Below are positions 30,324 through 40,837 of a DNA stretch of 64,000 nucleotides, piece by piece. This DNA is from Candidatus Cloacimonadales bacterium (GTDB lineage: Bacteria; Cloacimonadota; Cloacimonadia; Cloacimonadales; JAFGVF01): positions 192,001 through 256,000 of the forward strand of contig OY759729.1 of assembly GCA_963662585.1 (NCBI GenBank), given 5' to 3'. The position numbers and the translations under genes were made by a program. The stretch's first letter is position 1. Every line of letters starts with the position of its first letter. The notes under the pieces were generated by a model. It was not told the DNA's origin. It ran no database searches and saw only the letters and a program-made list of their open reading frames with translations.

Positions 30324-30357
30324 AAAAAAGCATAATCTCAGTATTATGCTTTTTTTT
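30324..30357 (+). terminator. Intrinsic terminator after htrA
   Basis: AAAAAAGCATAAT-CTCAGT-ATTATGCTTTTTTTT. Confidence 0.75.
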
Positions 30358-30428
30358 ATTTAAACTACTTGTTTTTAGATGCAAATAGATTATTATAATT
30401 AAAATTATTAAATAAGGTGGAGGTAATA

Positions 30429-31358
30429 ATGAAATCTTATGATGTCGTTATTGTTGGTGGTGGTCCAGCCGGACTTAGTGCTGCTATTTATGCAGCGAGA
30501 GGAAATCTTAAAACCGCAGTTTTTGAAAAATCCTTAATTGGTGGTCAAATCAATGTTACTTTTGAAGTTGAAAACTATCCTGGTATTCCAGAAGTACTAA
30601 GCGGTTTTGAATTATCTGATAGAATAAAACAACAAGCAGATAAGTTTGGTCCTGAATTTGTAGAAGAAGAGATAACTAAGATAGATTTTGTAAGCGAAAA
30701 TGGCTATAAAAAAGTCTATACTGAAGAAAATGAATATTTAGCAAAAGCCATTATAATTGCCTCTGGAGCTCAACCTCGTTACTTAAACTGTCCTGGTGAA
30801 AAAGAATATACTGGAAAAGGTGTTTCTTATTGCGCAACTTGTGATGGAGCCCTTTATCGCAACAAGATTGTCGCTGTTATAGGTGGTGGTGATTCAGCTG
30901 TTGAAGAGGGAATGTTCCTTACTAAATTTGCTTCTAAAGTTTATGTAGTACATAGAAGAGATGAGCTTAGAGCTGTAAAATCTATTCAAGAAAGAGCATT
31001 CAAGAATGAAAAGATGGAATTCATTTGGGATTCTGCAGTTGAAGAAGTTAAGGGAGAAAACTTCGTCAAAAGTATAGTATTAAAAAATCTCAAAACTAAT
31101 GAAAAACAAGATTTAGCTGTTGATGGTATTTTCATATATGTTGGTATTCTTCCTAACAATGAATTAGCCAAAGAAGAGATTAAATTAGATAGTTCAGGAT
31201 TTATCATTACTAATGAATTTATGGAAACAAACATTCCTGGTGTTTATGCAGTTGGTGATTTAAGAAATACTCCACTTCGACAAGTGATTACTGCCTGTAG
31301 TGATGGTGCTATTGCAGCCTTCTATGCTGAAAAATATATCAGTGAATTAGACGATTAA
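30429..31358 (+). CDS. trxB: Thioredoxin-disulfide reductase
   Basis: GGGPAGLSAAIY, VENYPG, GVSYCATCDG, GGGDSAVEE, VHRRD, AVGD. Confidence 0.97.
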   Translation: MKSYDVVIVGGGPAGLSAAIYAARGNLKTAVFEKSLIGGQINVTFEVENYPGIPEVLSGFELSDRIKQQADKFGPEFVEEEITKIDFVSENGYKKVYTEENEYLAKAIIIASGAQPRYLNCPGEKEYTGKGVSYCATCDGALYRNKIVAVIGGGDSAVEEGMFLTKFASKVYVVHRRDELRAVKSIQERAFKNEKMEFIWDSAVEEVKGENFVKSIVLKNLKTNEKQDLAVDGIFIYVGILPNNELAKEEIKLDSSGFIITNEFMETNIPGVYAVGDLRNTPLRQVITACSDGAIAAFYAEKYISELDD

Positions 31359-31373
31359 TAAAAATTTGTCATT

Positions 31374-31403
31374 GAGATAAGGAGTTTTCAAGCTCCTTAT
31401 CTC
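31374..31403 (+). terminator. Hairpin/terminator after trxB
   Basis: GAGATAAGGAG-TTTTCAAG-CTCCTTATCTC perfect 11-bp stem with a weak T-tail. Confidence 0.65.
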
Positions 31404-31470
31404 TATTATTAATTATGACTTACTATTTTATTTTTCTTGACTCAAAAACGCTACTGTTATTATTACCATA

Positions 31471-32973
31471 ATGAAAATACTTATTATTCTGATTATGTTA
31501 ATACTTGCTACTTCACTTCCTTTAAATGGTTGTGATATGTTTATGCTACAAAGTATAGATAATTACCCCTTTTTTACTCTTCCTAGTAGGACTGGTGATT
31601 TTAATGACCCCTACGACTTTTTTGAAAACTTCAAATCACAAGCTGACCAATCCTCTGGGAATAGAGATGGTTACGGTATTGTTGCTTATGATTTTGCTTC
31701 TCCAATAATTAATAGAGATTTTATGTGGTACAAAACTGGTATAGGTAATTACTTTAATCCAAACAATTTAGATGAACCCTTATACGAAGCTATTTCTGTT
31801 CTTTATGATAACCCTGATATAAGCAGAGTACTTCTTCATGCTCGGAGTGGAACTGGTGGAAATGGAAGTCATCCCTTTATCTTCAATGCTAATAATCATA
31901 CCTATACTTTTATGCATAATGGCTATGTTTTTAATACTATTAAGAGTGAGTTAATTAACTTCCTAGGCCAAGATTGGTTTATTGAACATCCATCCCAATG
32001 GGAAGGTGATTTTTCTTCTACAAGTTCTTTCATTGATAGCGAAGTTATATTTCATTACCTAATGTATTATGTTATGCAATATCCTGATGACATCCCTACA
32101 GCCTTCCGTCATGCTTTTACCAATAAGCAAGTTGGAAATATTGATATGGAATACATTCTAAAGCATAATGACAGTGTAGTTGTTAATTTTGTTTTTTCTG
32201 ATGGCTTTTCAGCCTATGCTTATCGTACTTCTCGGATTCAGGGAACAAGCTATAACTTAAGCTATCAAATCTATCCTAATAATTTTGTAGCTATCAAGAC
32301 AGGTGAAAGTTTAAGCAATACCTTAGATAAGCATGAATTAATCAAAATCTCTTCATCTGGTGAAATAATACCTCTAAGCACTGAAGCAATTCTTAACACT
32401 GTTTTTCTCAAGAAATTTGTTGATACTCTAGATTCTAATCAATTTAGATTAAATTGGACTATTCAAGCCAATAACCAGATAAGAAGATTTAACATCTATC
32501 GAGCTACTAGTCAAAATTTTACCAACGCTCGTGTTATTTCCTCACTAATAGTTGAAAATCCTAACCAAACAGTGTTTGATTACCTTGACGAATATCCTTC
32601 TGCATCAGAACACTATTATTGGATAGAAATAGTATATAGTGATGACAGTTCTGAAATTACCTCTAATATTCCTTCTTCTGAAAGTGATGATGATCCTATA
32701 ATTCCAGAAGTAAACACTTCAGTGACTCTCTACCCTAACCCCTTTACTGAAAAACTCAATATTGCAATTGAAAGCGATCAAGAAGTTAAGATTAGGATTT
32801 ATAATTTAAAGGGGCAGTTAGTAGATAAACTTGTCTATCATTCAAATGAGAAAGGTCCACTCAGCTGGGATACAGCTAATATTTCTTCTCAAAATCTACC
32901 AAATGGAATATATATACTTAAATTTATCAATGGCCACAAAGTCTTTTCTAGAAAAGTTATAAGGATTAAATAG
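31471..32973 (+). CDS. Secreted class II glutamine amidotransferase (Ntn-hydrolase, YafJ/EgtC-like) with a C-terminal T9SS/FlgD-like sorting domain
   Basis: Signal peptide followed by C; DGYG, LLHARSGT, HPF, FMHNG, DSE; tail YPNPF...IYNLKGQLV...GIYILK. Confidence 0.8.
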   Translation: MKILIILIMLILATSLPLNGCDMFMLQSIDNYPFFTLPSRTGDFNDPYDFFENFKSQADQSSGNRDGYGIVAYDFASPIINRDFMWYKTGIGNYFNPNNLDEPLYEAISVLYDNPDISRVLLHARSGTGGNGSHPFIFNANNHTYTFMHNGYVFNTIKSELINFLGQDWFIEHPSQWEGDFSSTSSFIDSEVIFHYLMYYVMQYPDDIPTAFRHAFTNKQVGNIDMEYILKHNDSVVVNFVFSDGFSAYAYRTSRIQGTSYNLSYQIYPNNFVAIKTGESLSNTLDKHELIKISSSGEIIPLSTEAILNTVFLKKFVDTLDSNQFRLNWTIQANNQIRRFNIYRATSQNFTNARVISSLIVENPNQTVFDYLDEYPSASEHYYWIEIVYSDDSSEITSNIPSSESDDDPIIPEVNTSVTLYPNPFTEKLNIAIESDQEVKIRIYNLKGQLVDKLVYHSNEKGPLSWDTANISSQNLPNGIYILKFINGHKVFSRKVIRIK

Positions 32974-33106
32974 TAACTTGCAAAAATCACTTGGATAAGT
33001 GACTTCTTTCTTGATTTCATCTTGCTAAAGGAATATAAATTGCATATATTAATATAGGATAATATTATTAAAATTTATGATAAAATACTTAAATAGGATG
33101 GATTAA

Positions 33107-36100
33107 ATGAAAAAACTGTCGTTTTTGCTTTTTGTGTTAACCTTTGTCATTGCGTCACAAGCTTTAATCGTCGAAACAGGAAGTCTTAAGGACTTTCTAT
33201 ATGGAGCAGATTCTTCTTTTGAATATGATAACTTTGTTTCTCATATTTCAGAAGGAATAGCTTCCCCAAACTACAATTATTATGCACCTTTCGATCCTCA
33301 AACTACTGGATTTGGTGATTTTGTTACTCCCAATACCACTCAATTGGATAACTGGTCTTCAATCACTGAAGAATTTTTGAATGGTAACTGGGAAACTGCT
33401 CAAAACATGTTAACAAATAATAACTATCCCTATCATGTAGTTGAATTCCACGATACTGATTTTGATAGAACTTATTATATGTTAAGAGAAACACTTAATA
33501 CTGATACAGATAACAATATTGATTCTGATCCTGATGATGATGTTACTGGTTCTTTTGATTATGGTTGGGGATTATATATTTATAACCCTGAAGCAGCCAA
33601 TCCTATTATCGTTACAGTTCCACATCCTACAGATGATTTTCCTACTATCGTTCTTGGATATCATACTTTCACAAAATGGGATTCAGCCTTCTTGATGGTA
33701 TCTGGTGCTGGAAGAGAAGTTAAATGGACTAATGTTCCTCCATACTATAACTCAAAATCAATTAGTGATCCTACCCGTAATATAAATCATCCTTTCAATA
33801 GAAGTTATCAAAAATTTGCTGACTACATTAGAGATGATTATGGTAGATTAGAATTTTCAGCTCAAATGCATAGTTATGATTGGAATGACAGACATAACGG
33901 TTATGCTAATACACAAATTTCTGCAGGTGCTACCAGACCTAATCCTAACTTACCTATTTGGGATCATTCCAATAGTGGTCAAGATTTACTTAACTGGTCA
34001 GATGAAATAATTTTCCCTGCTAACACATTTGGTGTTCATAAAGAAGTAGATAGAAATGAATATTATGCTATATTTAATACAGTGCACGAGCTTAATTATG
34101 ATAATAACCCTGAAACTCCAATCAACACAAATGTTGACCTTTGGGGTTATAGTGAAAACCGTCAAATGCAATATACATTATCTGGTACAACAGACTATGA
34201 TGTAGTAGATCCATTCTTCCATATCGAGATTGATGAGTTACCTGAAGTTTATGATCAAACTATTGCTAACTATTGGTGGTTCTATGGCTATGATCCAACT
34301 CTAGGAAAATTTATCCCTGAAAACATTTATACTATGACTGAGAATTACTACACTTATTGGATTGATAGAATAGCTGAAAATATTGATACTTTTATCGGTA
34401 TTGATAATGATTCTGCTAACCCTCCAATGCCTACAAATTTCCAAACTGTTGCAGCTAATTATAACGATGTTATTTTAAGTTGGGATCCAGTTTCAGACCA
34501 CAATTTCAAGTCATATCAAATCCTTTATTCTGATTCTCCTATAGTAGGGCTCAATTACCAAGTATTTGATAGAGAAAACAATCAGTTGCTAGCAGACCAA
34601 AAAACTGATAATATTAAAGTTACTGGTTTAACACCTGATACAGATTATTATTTCCAGATTAGAACTGTTGATTATTCAGATAATTACTCAGCTGCTCATG
34701 AAGAAATCGAAGGTTATACTACTCCATTTAAAGTTCAAAGTTTAACTGCTAAAGCTGAAGACCCATATATTATCATTGAATGGAAAACAACTAACGAATC
34801 TAATTTATCACTTTATAAAGTATATAGAAGAGAACTTGGTGACGAGACTTGGGAACAAGCATCAGAAAGTATCATCGCTAATAATCAAACTTCCTTAAAC
34901 ACTTATACTTGGTATGATGAGACTGCTCAATATGGTCACTATTACGAGTATAAAATAAAGATTTATAACATGGCTGGATCAGTTTATCAGTACGATGTTA
35001 TTGTGCAAGCTCAGTTCTCAGATTTTATCACTTTGATTGCTTCTAATGATGATGGTTCTGTTTCTGATCAAGTTATCTTTGGTGTTAATCAAGATGCATC
35101 AGATGGTTACGAGAGTAGTTATGATGTGACTACTTCTACTTCAGGAAGTGGAACTTATGTTCTCGCAGCATTCTATGAACAGTATTATAATTCAAGTTAT
35201 AGATACTTAGAAAAGAATATCTATGGAGATACTGATTTAACTCAGAACTATAAAACTTATGTTTTACAAGTAAAAAGTAGTTTATCAAACCAACAACTAA
35301 AAATATCTCTTGATGATTTTGCTACTGATAGATTTAGTAGAAAAGTATGGTTAAAAGAATCAAATAATAATTTTATTGATTTAACTCAAGAACCTCTCTA
35401 TTTTACTGTTTCAAACTCTAACTTTAAAACATTCACCCTCTACTATGGTAACCTTAATCCAAGTCTTACCTTTGCGAATACACCTGCCTTTAAAATTCAT
35501 CACCCAAATAGTATCATTAATTTACAGTGGTCTTATCAAAATAACGAAATGTTAGATCATTATAGATTAGATTTAATCTCAGCTACTGATTCTCTCAATA
35601 TTGAATCTTCTGTAGCAGCTAATACCTATTTCTTCCCTTGGTTAATTCCTTTAGATGCTCATATCGAAGATGCTAAATTTGTTATCACAGCTTTTGCTAA
35701 CGATGGAGAAGTTAGAAGATTTGAATCAAGTTGGACTATGGGTATTTTACCAACCGAAATGACCTATAATTTCCAAGAAGGCTGGCAATTAGTTTCTCAT
35801 GTTTGGGAAAATGATGCACCTACAGCAAATGAACTTTTTGGTACAGGTACTTCTTTAGTACAATTTATGCCAAATCAAAATTATGAACCTACTCTTTTCT
35901 ATAACTTTGGAAATGGTTATTGGGCTAATTTACCACAAGCAATAGAAACAACTAATAGTGGAGACATCTATAATGATCAAGTTACTATAGATATTCATCA
36001 AGGTTGGAACCTTATAGGTAATCCTTATCCTTCAGATACAGACCTATCTTCCTTAATATTTGATGTTGATGGCACCGAATATACAATCGGAGAAATGATC

Positions 36101-37012
36101 ACTTATGAATATATTTCTCGTGGTATTTATGTTCATAGAGAAAATGGTTATGAACTTACTGATACTGTTAAAGGTATGGAAGGATTCTATCTCTATAGTG
36201 CTTTAGGAGACTTTAATGGCGTTACTTTAACATTTACTCCTTACAGACATCATTATGGACTTGAAACACTACCTGTTTCATGGTCAGCTCTAGTAATTGC
36301 TGAAACTGCTAATGATAAAGATAATATTCTAGTGGGATTCTCTGATTATGCTAGTGATGATATCGATTATAATTTAGATTTCCCTAAAGCCCCAAATAAG
36401 CCTTATGAAGGTATTGATATCTATACCAATTATGCAACAGATGATAGTTATAATCAAGGACAGCAGGACTATAAAGCACCAGTTAGCGAAGATGAAGTGA
36501 AAGAGTGGAACTTCCTTGTTAATGTTAGAAGCCTAGAACCAATAACCCTTAGCTTTGAATCTGAAGATTTCCCATTCGGTTCTCTTTTTACAGCTTTAGA
36601 AGTTAATGGAAATGATTTCTATTTTGATACTGATCATGATTATGAATTCACTCCAACTGAACTTGGAGAACATCAATTCAAGTTGAAAATAGCTAACTAT
36701 GCCCTTGATAATGAAAATGGTGATGCAAGTCCTATAGCTTCCTATTTCAATGTTTATCCTAATCCATTTAACCCTGAAACAACTATAGCCTTCGATCTCA
36801 AACATGAAGGAAAAGTAGAACTTAGTGTTTATAACTTAAGAGGACAAAAAGTTAAAACTCTTTGTAATGAAACTCTTCCTGCTGGAAGAAAAACATTTGT
36901 TTGGAACGGGAAAAATAGTAGTGGTAAGCAAACAGCTTCAGGAATCTACTTCATGAAGTTAAATGCCCAAGGTCAAAAATCTAAAATCAGAAAAGTTATG
37001 TTAATGAAATAA
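33107..37012 (+). CDS. Large secreted protein with FN3 domains and a C-terminal T9SS/FlgD-like sorting domain
   Basis: Signal peptide; FN3 signature VILSWDP...VTGLTPDTDYYFQIRTVD; GWNLIGNPY repeat; YPNPFNPETTIAF...VYNLRGQKVKTL...ASGIYF. Confidence 0.85.
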   Translation: MKKLSFLLFVLTFVIASQALIVETGSLKDFLYGADSSFEYDNFVSHISEGIASPNYNYYAPFDPQTTGFGDFVTPNTTQLDNWSSITEEFLNGNWETAQNMLTNNNYPYHVVEFHDTDFDRTYYMLRETLNTDTDNNIDSDPDDDVTGSFDYGWGLYIYNPEAANPIIVTVPHPTDDFPTIVLGYHTFTKWDSAFLMVSGAGREVKWTNVPPYYNSKSISDPTRNINHPFNRSYQKFADYIRDDYGRLEFSAQMHSYDWNDRHNGYANTQISAGATRPNPNLPIWDHSNSGQDLLNWSDEIIFPANTFGVHKEVDRNEYYAIFNTVHELNYDNNPETPINTNVDLWGYSENRQMQYTLSGTTDYDVVDPFFHIEIDELPEVYDQTIANYWWFYGYDPTLGKFIPENIYTMTENYYTYWIDRIAENIDTFIGIDNDSANPPMPTNFQTVAANYNDVILSWDPVSDHNFKSYQILYSDSPIVGLNYQVFDRENNQLLADQKTDNIKVTGLTPDTDYYFQIRTVDYSDNYSAAHEEIEGYTTPFKVQSLTAKAEDPYIIIEWKTTNESNLSLYKVYRRELGDETWEQASESIIANNQTSLNTYTWYDETAQYGHYYEYKIKIYNMAGSVYQYDVIVQAQFSDFITLIASNDDGSVSDQVIFGVNQDASDGYESSYDVTTSTSGSGTYVLAAFYEQYYNSSYRYLEKNIYGDTDLTQNYKTYVLQVKSSLSNQQLKISLDDFATDRFSRKVWLKESNNNFIDLTQEPLYFTVSNSNFKTFTLYYGNLNPSLTFANTPAFKIHHPNSIINLQWSYQNNEMLDHYRLDLISATDSLNIESSVAANTYFFPWLIPLDAHIEDAKFVITAFANDGEVRRFESSWTMGILPTEMTYNFQEGWQLVSHVWENDAPTANELFGTGTSLVQFMPNQNYEPTLFYNFGNGYWANLPQAIETTNSGDIYNDQVTIDIHQGWNLIGNPYPSDTDLSSLIFDVDGTEYTIGEMITYEYISRGIYVHRENGYELTDTVKGMEGFYLYSALGDFNGVTLTFTPYRHHYGLETLPVSWSALVIAETANDKDNILVGFSDYASDDIDYNLDFPKAPNKPYEGIDIYTNYATDDSYNQGQQDYKAPVSEDEVKEWNFLVNVRSLEPITLSFESEDFPFGSLFTALEVNGNDFYFDTDHDYEFTPTELGEHQFKLKIANYALDNENGDASPIASYFNVYPNPFNPETTIAFDLKHEGKVELSVYNLRGQKVKTLCNETLPAGRKTFVWNGKNSSGKQTASGIYFMKLNAQGQKSKIRKVMLMK

Positions 37013-37036
37013 GTTAACAATAACTAGTAATATGTT

Positions 37037-37067
37037 AAGCCAAGAGAAGATTCTCTTGGCTTTTTTT
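37037..37067 (+). terminator. Intrinsic terminator
   Basis: AAGCCAAGAGAA-GA-TTCTCTTGGCTTTTTTT, 25 nt after the stop. Confidence 0.85.
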
Positions 37068-37127
37068 ATAGGCTTTGCTTTTACCTAGATACTTTTTTGA
37101 GATATGAAATCCTACTACAAAGAAATA

Positions 37128-38225
37128 GCCCTCTTATGCCAGATTGCATGCACCCTTGCATGCGAAAAAAACTTATAAAATCTAATGTTATCTTATTATT
37201 GTCTAATGTGGAAGCAGAGACGATCTATGGACTGGAGGCGTCTCGGCCTCCAGAAAAGATAAGTTCCATTCCATAATTTAAGATTCACGGACTAAAGGTC
37301 CGTAACCCCAGTTAATCACTAAAAAGGGAAATTTAAAAGTGTGATAATCCCTCTTCTGCCGGATTGCATGCACCCTTGCATGCAAAAAACCTTATAAAAA
37401 TCTAATGTTATCTTATTATTGTCTAATGTGGAAGCAGAGACGCTTCCACTCCAAAGAAGAAAACACCCCCTGTGTCCCCCTCACGGAGGGGGATTTATAA
37501 CACCCCGTCTGCTTTGCAGCCACCCCTCTTTTAGCGTGCCTTCAGCACTAAAGAGGGGAGTTTAAGATTCATGTCCGTAACCCCAGTTAATACAACTTTG
37601 TAGAAGCAGGGACGATCTATGGACTGAGGCGTCTCGGCCTCCAGAAAAGATAAGTTCCATTCCATAATTTAAGATTCACGGACTAAAGGTCCGTAACCCC
37701 AGTTAATCACTAAAGAGGGAATTTTAAGAGTGTGATAATCCCTCTTCTGCCGGATTGCATGCACCCTTGCATGCGAAAAACCTTATAAAAATCTAATGTT
37801 ATCTTATTATTGTCTAATGTGGAGGCAGAGACGCTTCCACTCCAAAGAAGAAAACACCCCCTGTGTCCCCCTCACGGAGGGGGATTTATAACACCCCGTC
37901 TGCTTTGCAGCCACCCCTCTTTTAGCGTGCCTTCAGCACTAAAGAGGGGAGTTTAAGATTCACGGACTAAATGTCCGTATCCCAGTTAATACAGTTTTGT
38001 GGAAGCAGGGACGATCTATGGACTGGAGGCGTCTCGGCCTCCAGAAAAGATAAGTTCCATTCCATAATTTAAGATTCACGGACTAAAGGTCCGTAACCCC
38101 AGTTAATACAGCTTTGTGGAAGCAGGGACGCTTCCACTCCATAAAAAATTCAGCCTAGTTCAAGCAGAGGCATCTATACCTGCACAGCTGGCGGAGTGTT
38201 GAAGATGTACCAGTTTAAACTGCCA
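37128..38225. repeat. Mosaic palindromic repeat cluster 2 (opposite orientation to clusters 1 and 3) with a ~392-400 bp higher-order duplication
   Basis: CGATCTATGGAC at 37221, 37613 and 38012. CCCTCTTCTGCCGGATTGCATGCACCCTTGCATGC at 37349 and 37740. Five copies of ATTCACGGACTAAAGGTCCGTAACCCCAGTTAA (one with an internal deletion). Confidence 0.95.
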
Positions 38226-38427
38226 AATTCTTTATCTTTTTTCTCTCAGACTTTCTTCTTACTAGTTTAATCAACTAATCCTTAACCTCTCTTTCTCACT
38301 CATCTGAAATGATAATCGATTAAATATTGACTTTAGTAATAGGGAGCAGTAAGAAATGATTAAAAGAAGATAGATATATCAGGGTTATTGGATAAATTCA
38401 AAAGAAATAATGCTAAGTTAAAAACAG

Positions 38428-38457
38428 AAAAAGGGACTTCCGAAGAAGTCCCTTTTT
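38428..38457 (-). terminator. Intrinsic terminator of gdhA
   Basis: AAAAAGGGACTTC-CGAA-GAAGTCCCTTTTT. Confidence 0.88.
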
Positions 38458-38489
38458 ACTATATTTTATTAGTATTTAGATACTAACTA

Positions 38490-39830
38490 TTAAACAATAC
38501 CTTGTTGAAGCATAGCTTCAGCAACTTTCATGAAACCTGCAATGTTAGCACCTTTAGCATAATCGATAAATCCATCAGCTTCAGTACCATATTTAACACA
38601 AGCTTCGTGAATGTCTGACATAATTCTTTTGAGTTTTTCATCAACTTCTTCAGAAGTCCAGTTATATCTTAAACTGTTTTGAGACATTTCAAGACCAGAA
38701 ACAGCAACACCACCAGCATTAGCAGCTTTACCAGGACCGAATGGAACTTTAGCTGTATGGAAAGCGTGAGCAGCATCAGCAGTACATGGCATATTTGCAA
38801 CTTCGATAATAGCTTTAACGCCGTTAGCAATTAATTTGTCTGCATCTGCTTTGTGAAGTTCATTTTGAGTAGCACATGGGAATGCAACATCAACTTTAAC
38901 GCCCCAAGGTTTTTCTCCAGGGAAGAATTTAGCTTTAGGGAATGATTTGATATAATCACCAACTCTGTCATTGTTAGAAGCTCTTAAGTCTAACATACAT
39001 TGCCATTTTTCAGGAGTATTGATACCTTCTTCATCTAAGATATAGCCATCAGGTCCTGAAAGAGTGATAACTTTTGCACCAAACTCAGTAGCTTTGATAC
39101 AAACACCCCAAGAAACATTACCGAAACCAGAAACAGCAACAGTTTTGCCTTCTAAAGTTTCGTTTTGGTCTGCTAACATACCTTTAGCATAATAAACACC
39201 ACCAAAACCAGTAGCTTCAGGTCTGATTAATGAGCCACCCCAAGTTCTACCTTTTCCAGTAAGAACGCCAGTGAATTCATTACGCAATTTTTTGTACATA
39301 CCGAACATGTAACCAATTTCTCTTCCACCAACACCGATATCACCAGCAGGTACATCTGTGTTTGGTCCGATGTGACGGAATAATTCCATCATGAAAGATT
39401 GGCAGAATCTCATAATTTCAGCATCAGATCTTCCTCTTGCGTCGAAGTCTGATCCACCTTTACCACCACCCATAGGGAGAGTAGTTAAGCTATTTTTGAA
39501 GATTTGTTCGAATCCTAAGAATTTAAGGATTGAAAGATTAACAGAAGGATGGAATCTTAATCCACCTTTATATGGTCCAATAGCACTATTAAATTCAACT
39601 CTGTAACCTCTATTTACATGAACTTCACCTTTGTCATCAGTCCAAGGAACACGGAACATTATTGTTCTTTCAGGTTCAACAAGTCTGTCTAATATTTTAG
39701 CTTGTACAAATGCAGGGTTACTTTGGTAAGCTTCCCATATAGTATCAACAACTTCTTTCACAGCTTGAATAAATTCAGGTTGTCCAGGGTTTCTAGCTTC
39801 TACTTGAGCTACAAATTCTTGTGCGGTCAT
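38490..39830 (-). CDS. gdhA: NADP-specific glutamate dehydrogenase
   Basis: GPYKGGLRFHPSVN, MGGGKGGSDF, DVPAGDIGVGGRE, RPEATGFG, KAANAGGVAVSGLEM. GGAGG precedes ATG 39830. Confidence 0.97.
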   Translation of the reverse strand: MTAQEFVAQVEARNPGQPEFIQAVKEVVDTIWEAYQSNPAFVQAKILDRLVEPERTIMFRVPWTDDKGEVHVNRGYRVEFNSAIGPYKGGLRFHPSVNLSILKFLGFEQIFKNSLTTLPMGGGKGGSDFDARGRSDAEIMRFCQSFMMELFRHIGPNTDVPAGDIGVGGREIGYMFGMYKKLRNEFTGVLTGKGRTWGGSLIRPEATGFGGVYYAKGMLADQNETLEGKTVAVSGFGNVSWGVCIKATEFGAKVITLSGPDGYILDEEGINTPEKWQCMLDLRASNNDRVGDYIKSFPKAKFFPGEKPWGVKVDVAFPCATQNELHKADADKLIANGVKAIIEVANMPCTADAAHAFHTAKVPFGPGKAANAGGVAVSGLEMSQNSLRYNWTSEEVDEKLKRIMSDIHEACVKYGTEADGFIDYAKGANIAGFMKVAEAMLQQGIV

Positions 39831-40036
39831 AAGAACCTCCATCAATTATTTTTTATATGTCTTAATTAAAATATGATATTTATTTGTCAAGCTTTTCAGA
39901 AAAAATATTTATTAAATAAACTAATCTAATGTTATACTTGACCTTACAACTACCATAAAATTCATTAAAAAAATCCAATTCATTTAAAAAAGATAAATTA
40001 AGTCTAATTTCGATAATATTATATCTAAAAAAAACA

Positions 40037-40837
40037 TTAAAGTTTTTGGCACATAGGACAGAAGTAGGTTGAACGGCCACCAATCTTAACTTTTTCTACT
40101 TGATGACCTAGAGGGCAAATATCTTTTCCGTAAATCTGCAAGAAGTTTTGGAAAGAACCTGTTTTATCATCAACTCTTCTGTAATCTGATATTGTTGTTC
40201 CATTACATTCTATAGCTTGGGCGAGAACACTTTTTATTGATTCAACTAGAGATTTGATTTCTTTAGGGGATAGATCTTTCCCTTTTGATTTAGGATGAAT
40301 CTTGGTTCTAAAGAGTACTTCACAAACATAGATATTACCTAATCCAGCTATCTTTGCTTGATCAAGCAGAAAACTCTTAATTGGTGAGCTTGCATTTTTG
40401 AGAATATTCCTCAGGTGCTTGGGAGTAAACTCTTCAGAAAGGGGTTCTATTCCTAATTTTCTGAAATAATAAGCTAGCTCCGATTGTTTTAGACAATCAA
40501 TAGTACCAAAAGTTCTGACATCATCAAACCTGAGAAAGCTATCATCAGTAAAATATATTCTAGCTCTCTCATGTTTTAGAAGTTCTTGGTCGCCCTCTTC
40601 ATAGATTAATTTCCCTGTCATTCTAAGATGAACAATTATAGAGTAATTATTCTCAAGAAGAATAACAATGTACTTTCCTCTTCTTTGAACATCCATAACT
40701 TGGGAAGAATAACAAGTTGCTTCGCATTCTAATCTTAGAGTATTTGGATAAAACTCTTCAATCTGACTTATCTCTTTACCAATAATTATCTTAGCTAAAT
40801 CATTAACGACTGTCTGTACTTCTGGAAGTTCCGGCAT
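40037..40837 (-). CDS. mutM: Formamidopyrimidine-DNA glycosylase
   Basis: MPELPEV, RRGKY, HLRMTG, GLGNIY, C-terminal zinc finger GRSTYFCPMCQ. Confidence 0.96.
   Translation of the reverse strand: MPELPEVQTVVNDLAKIIIGKEISQIEEFYPNTLRLECEATCYSSQVMDVQRRGKYIVILLENNYSIIVHLRMTGKLIYEEGDQELLKHERARIYFTDDSFLRFDDVRTFGTIDCLKQSELAYYFRKLGIEPLSEEFTPKHLRNILKNASSPIKSFLLDQAKIAGLGNIYVCEVLFRTKIHPKSKGKDLSPKEIKSLVESIKSVLAQAIECNGTTISDYRRVDDKTGSFQNFLQIYGKDICPLGHQVEKVKIGGRSTYFCPMCQKL

Noticed and set aside
37128..38225. Integron attC cassette array or autonomous IS
   Set aside because: There are no cassette ORFs between the palindromes, no integrase or transposase, and no clear terminal inverted repeats with a target duplication.
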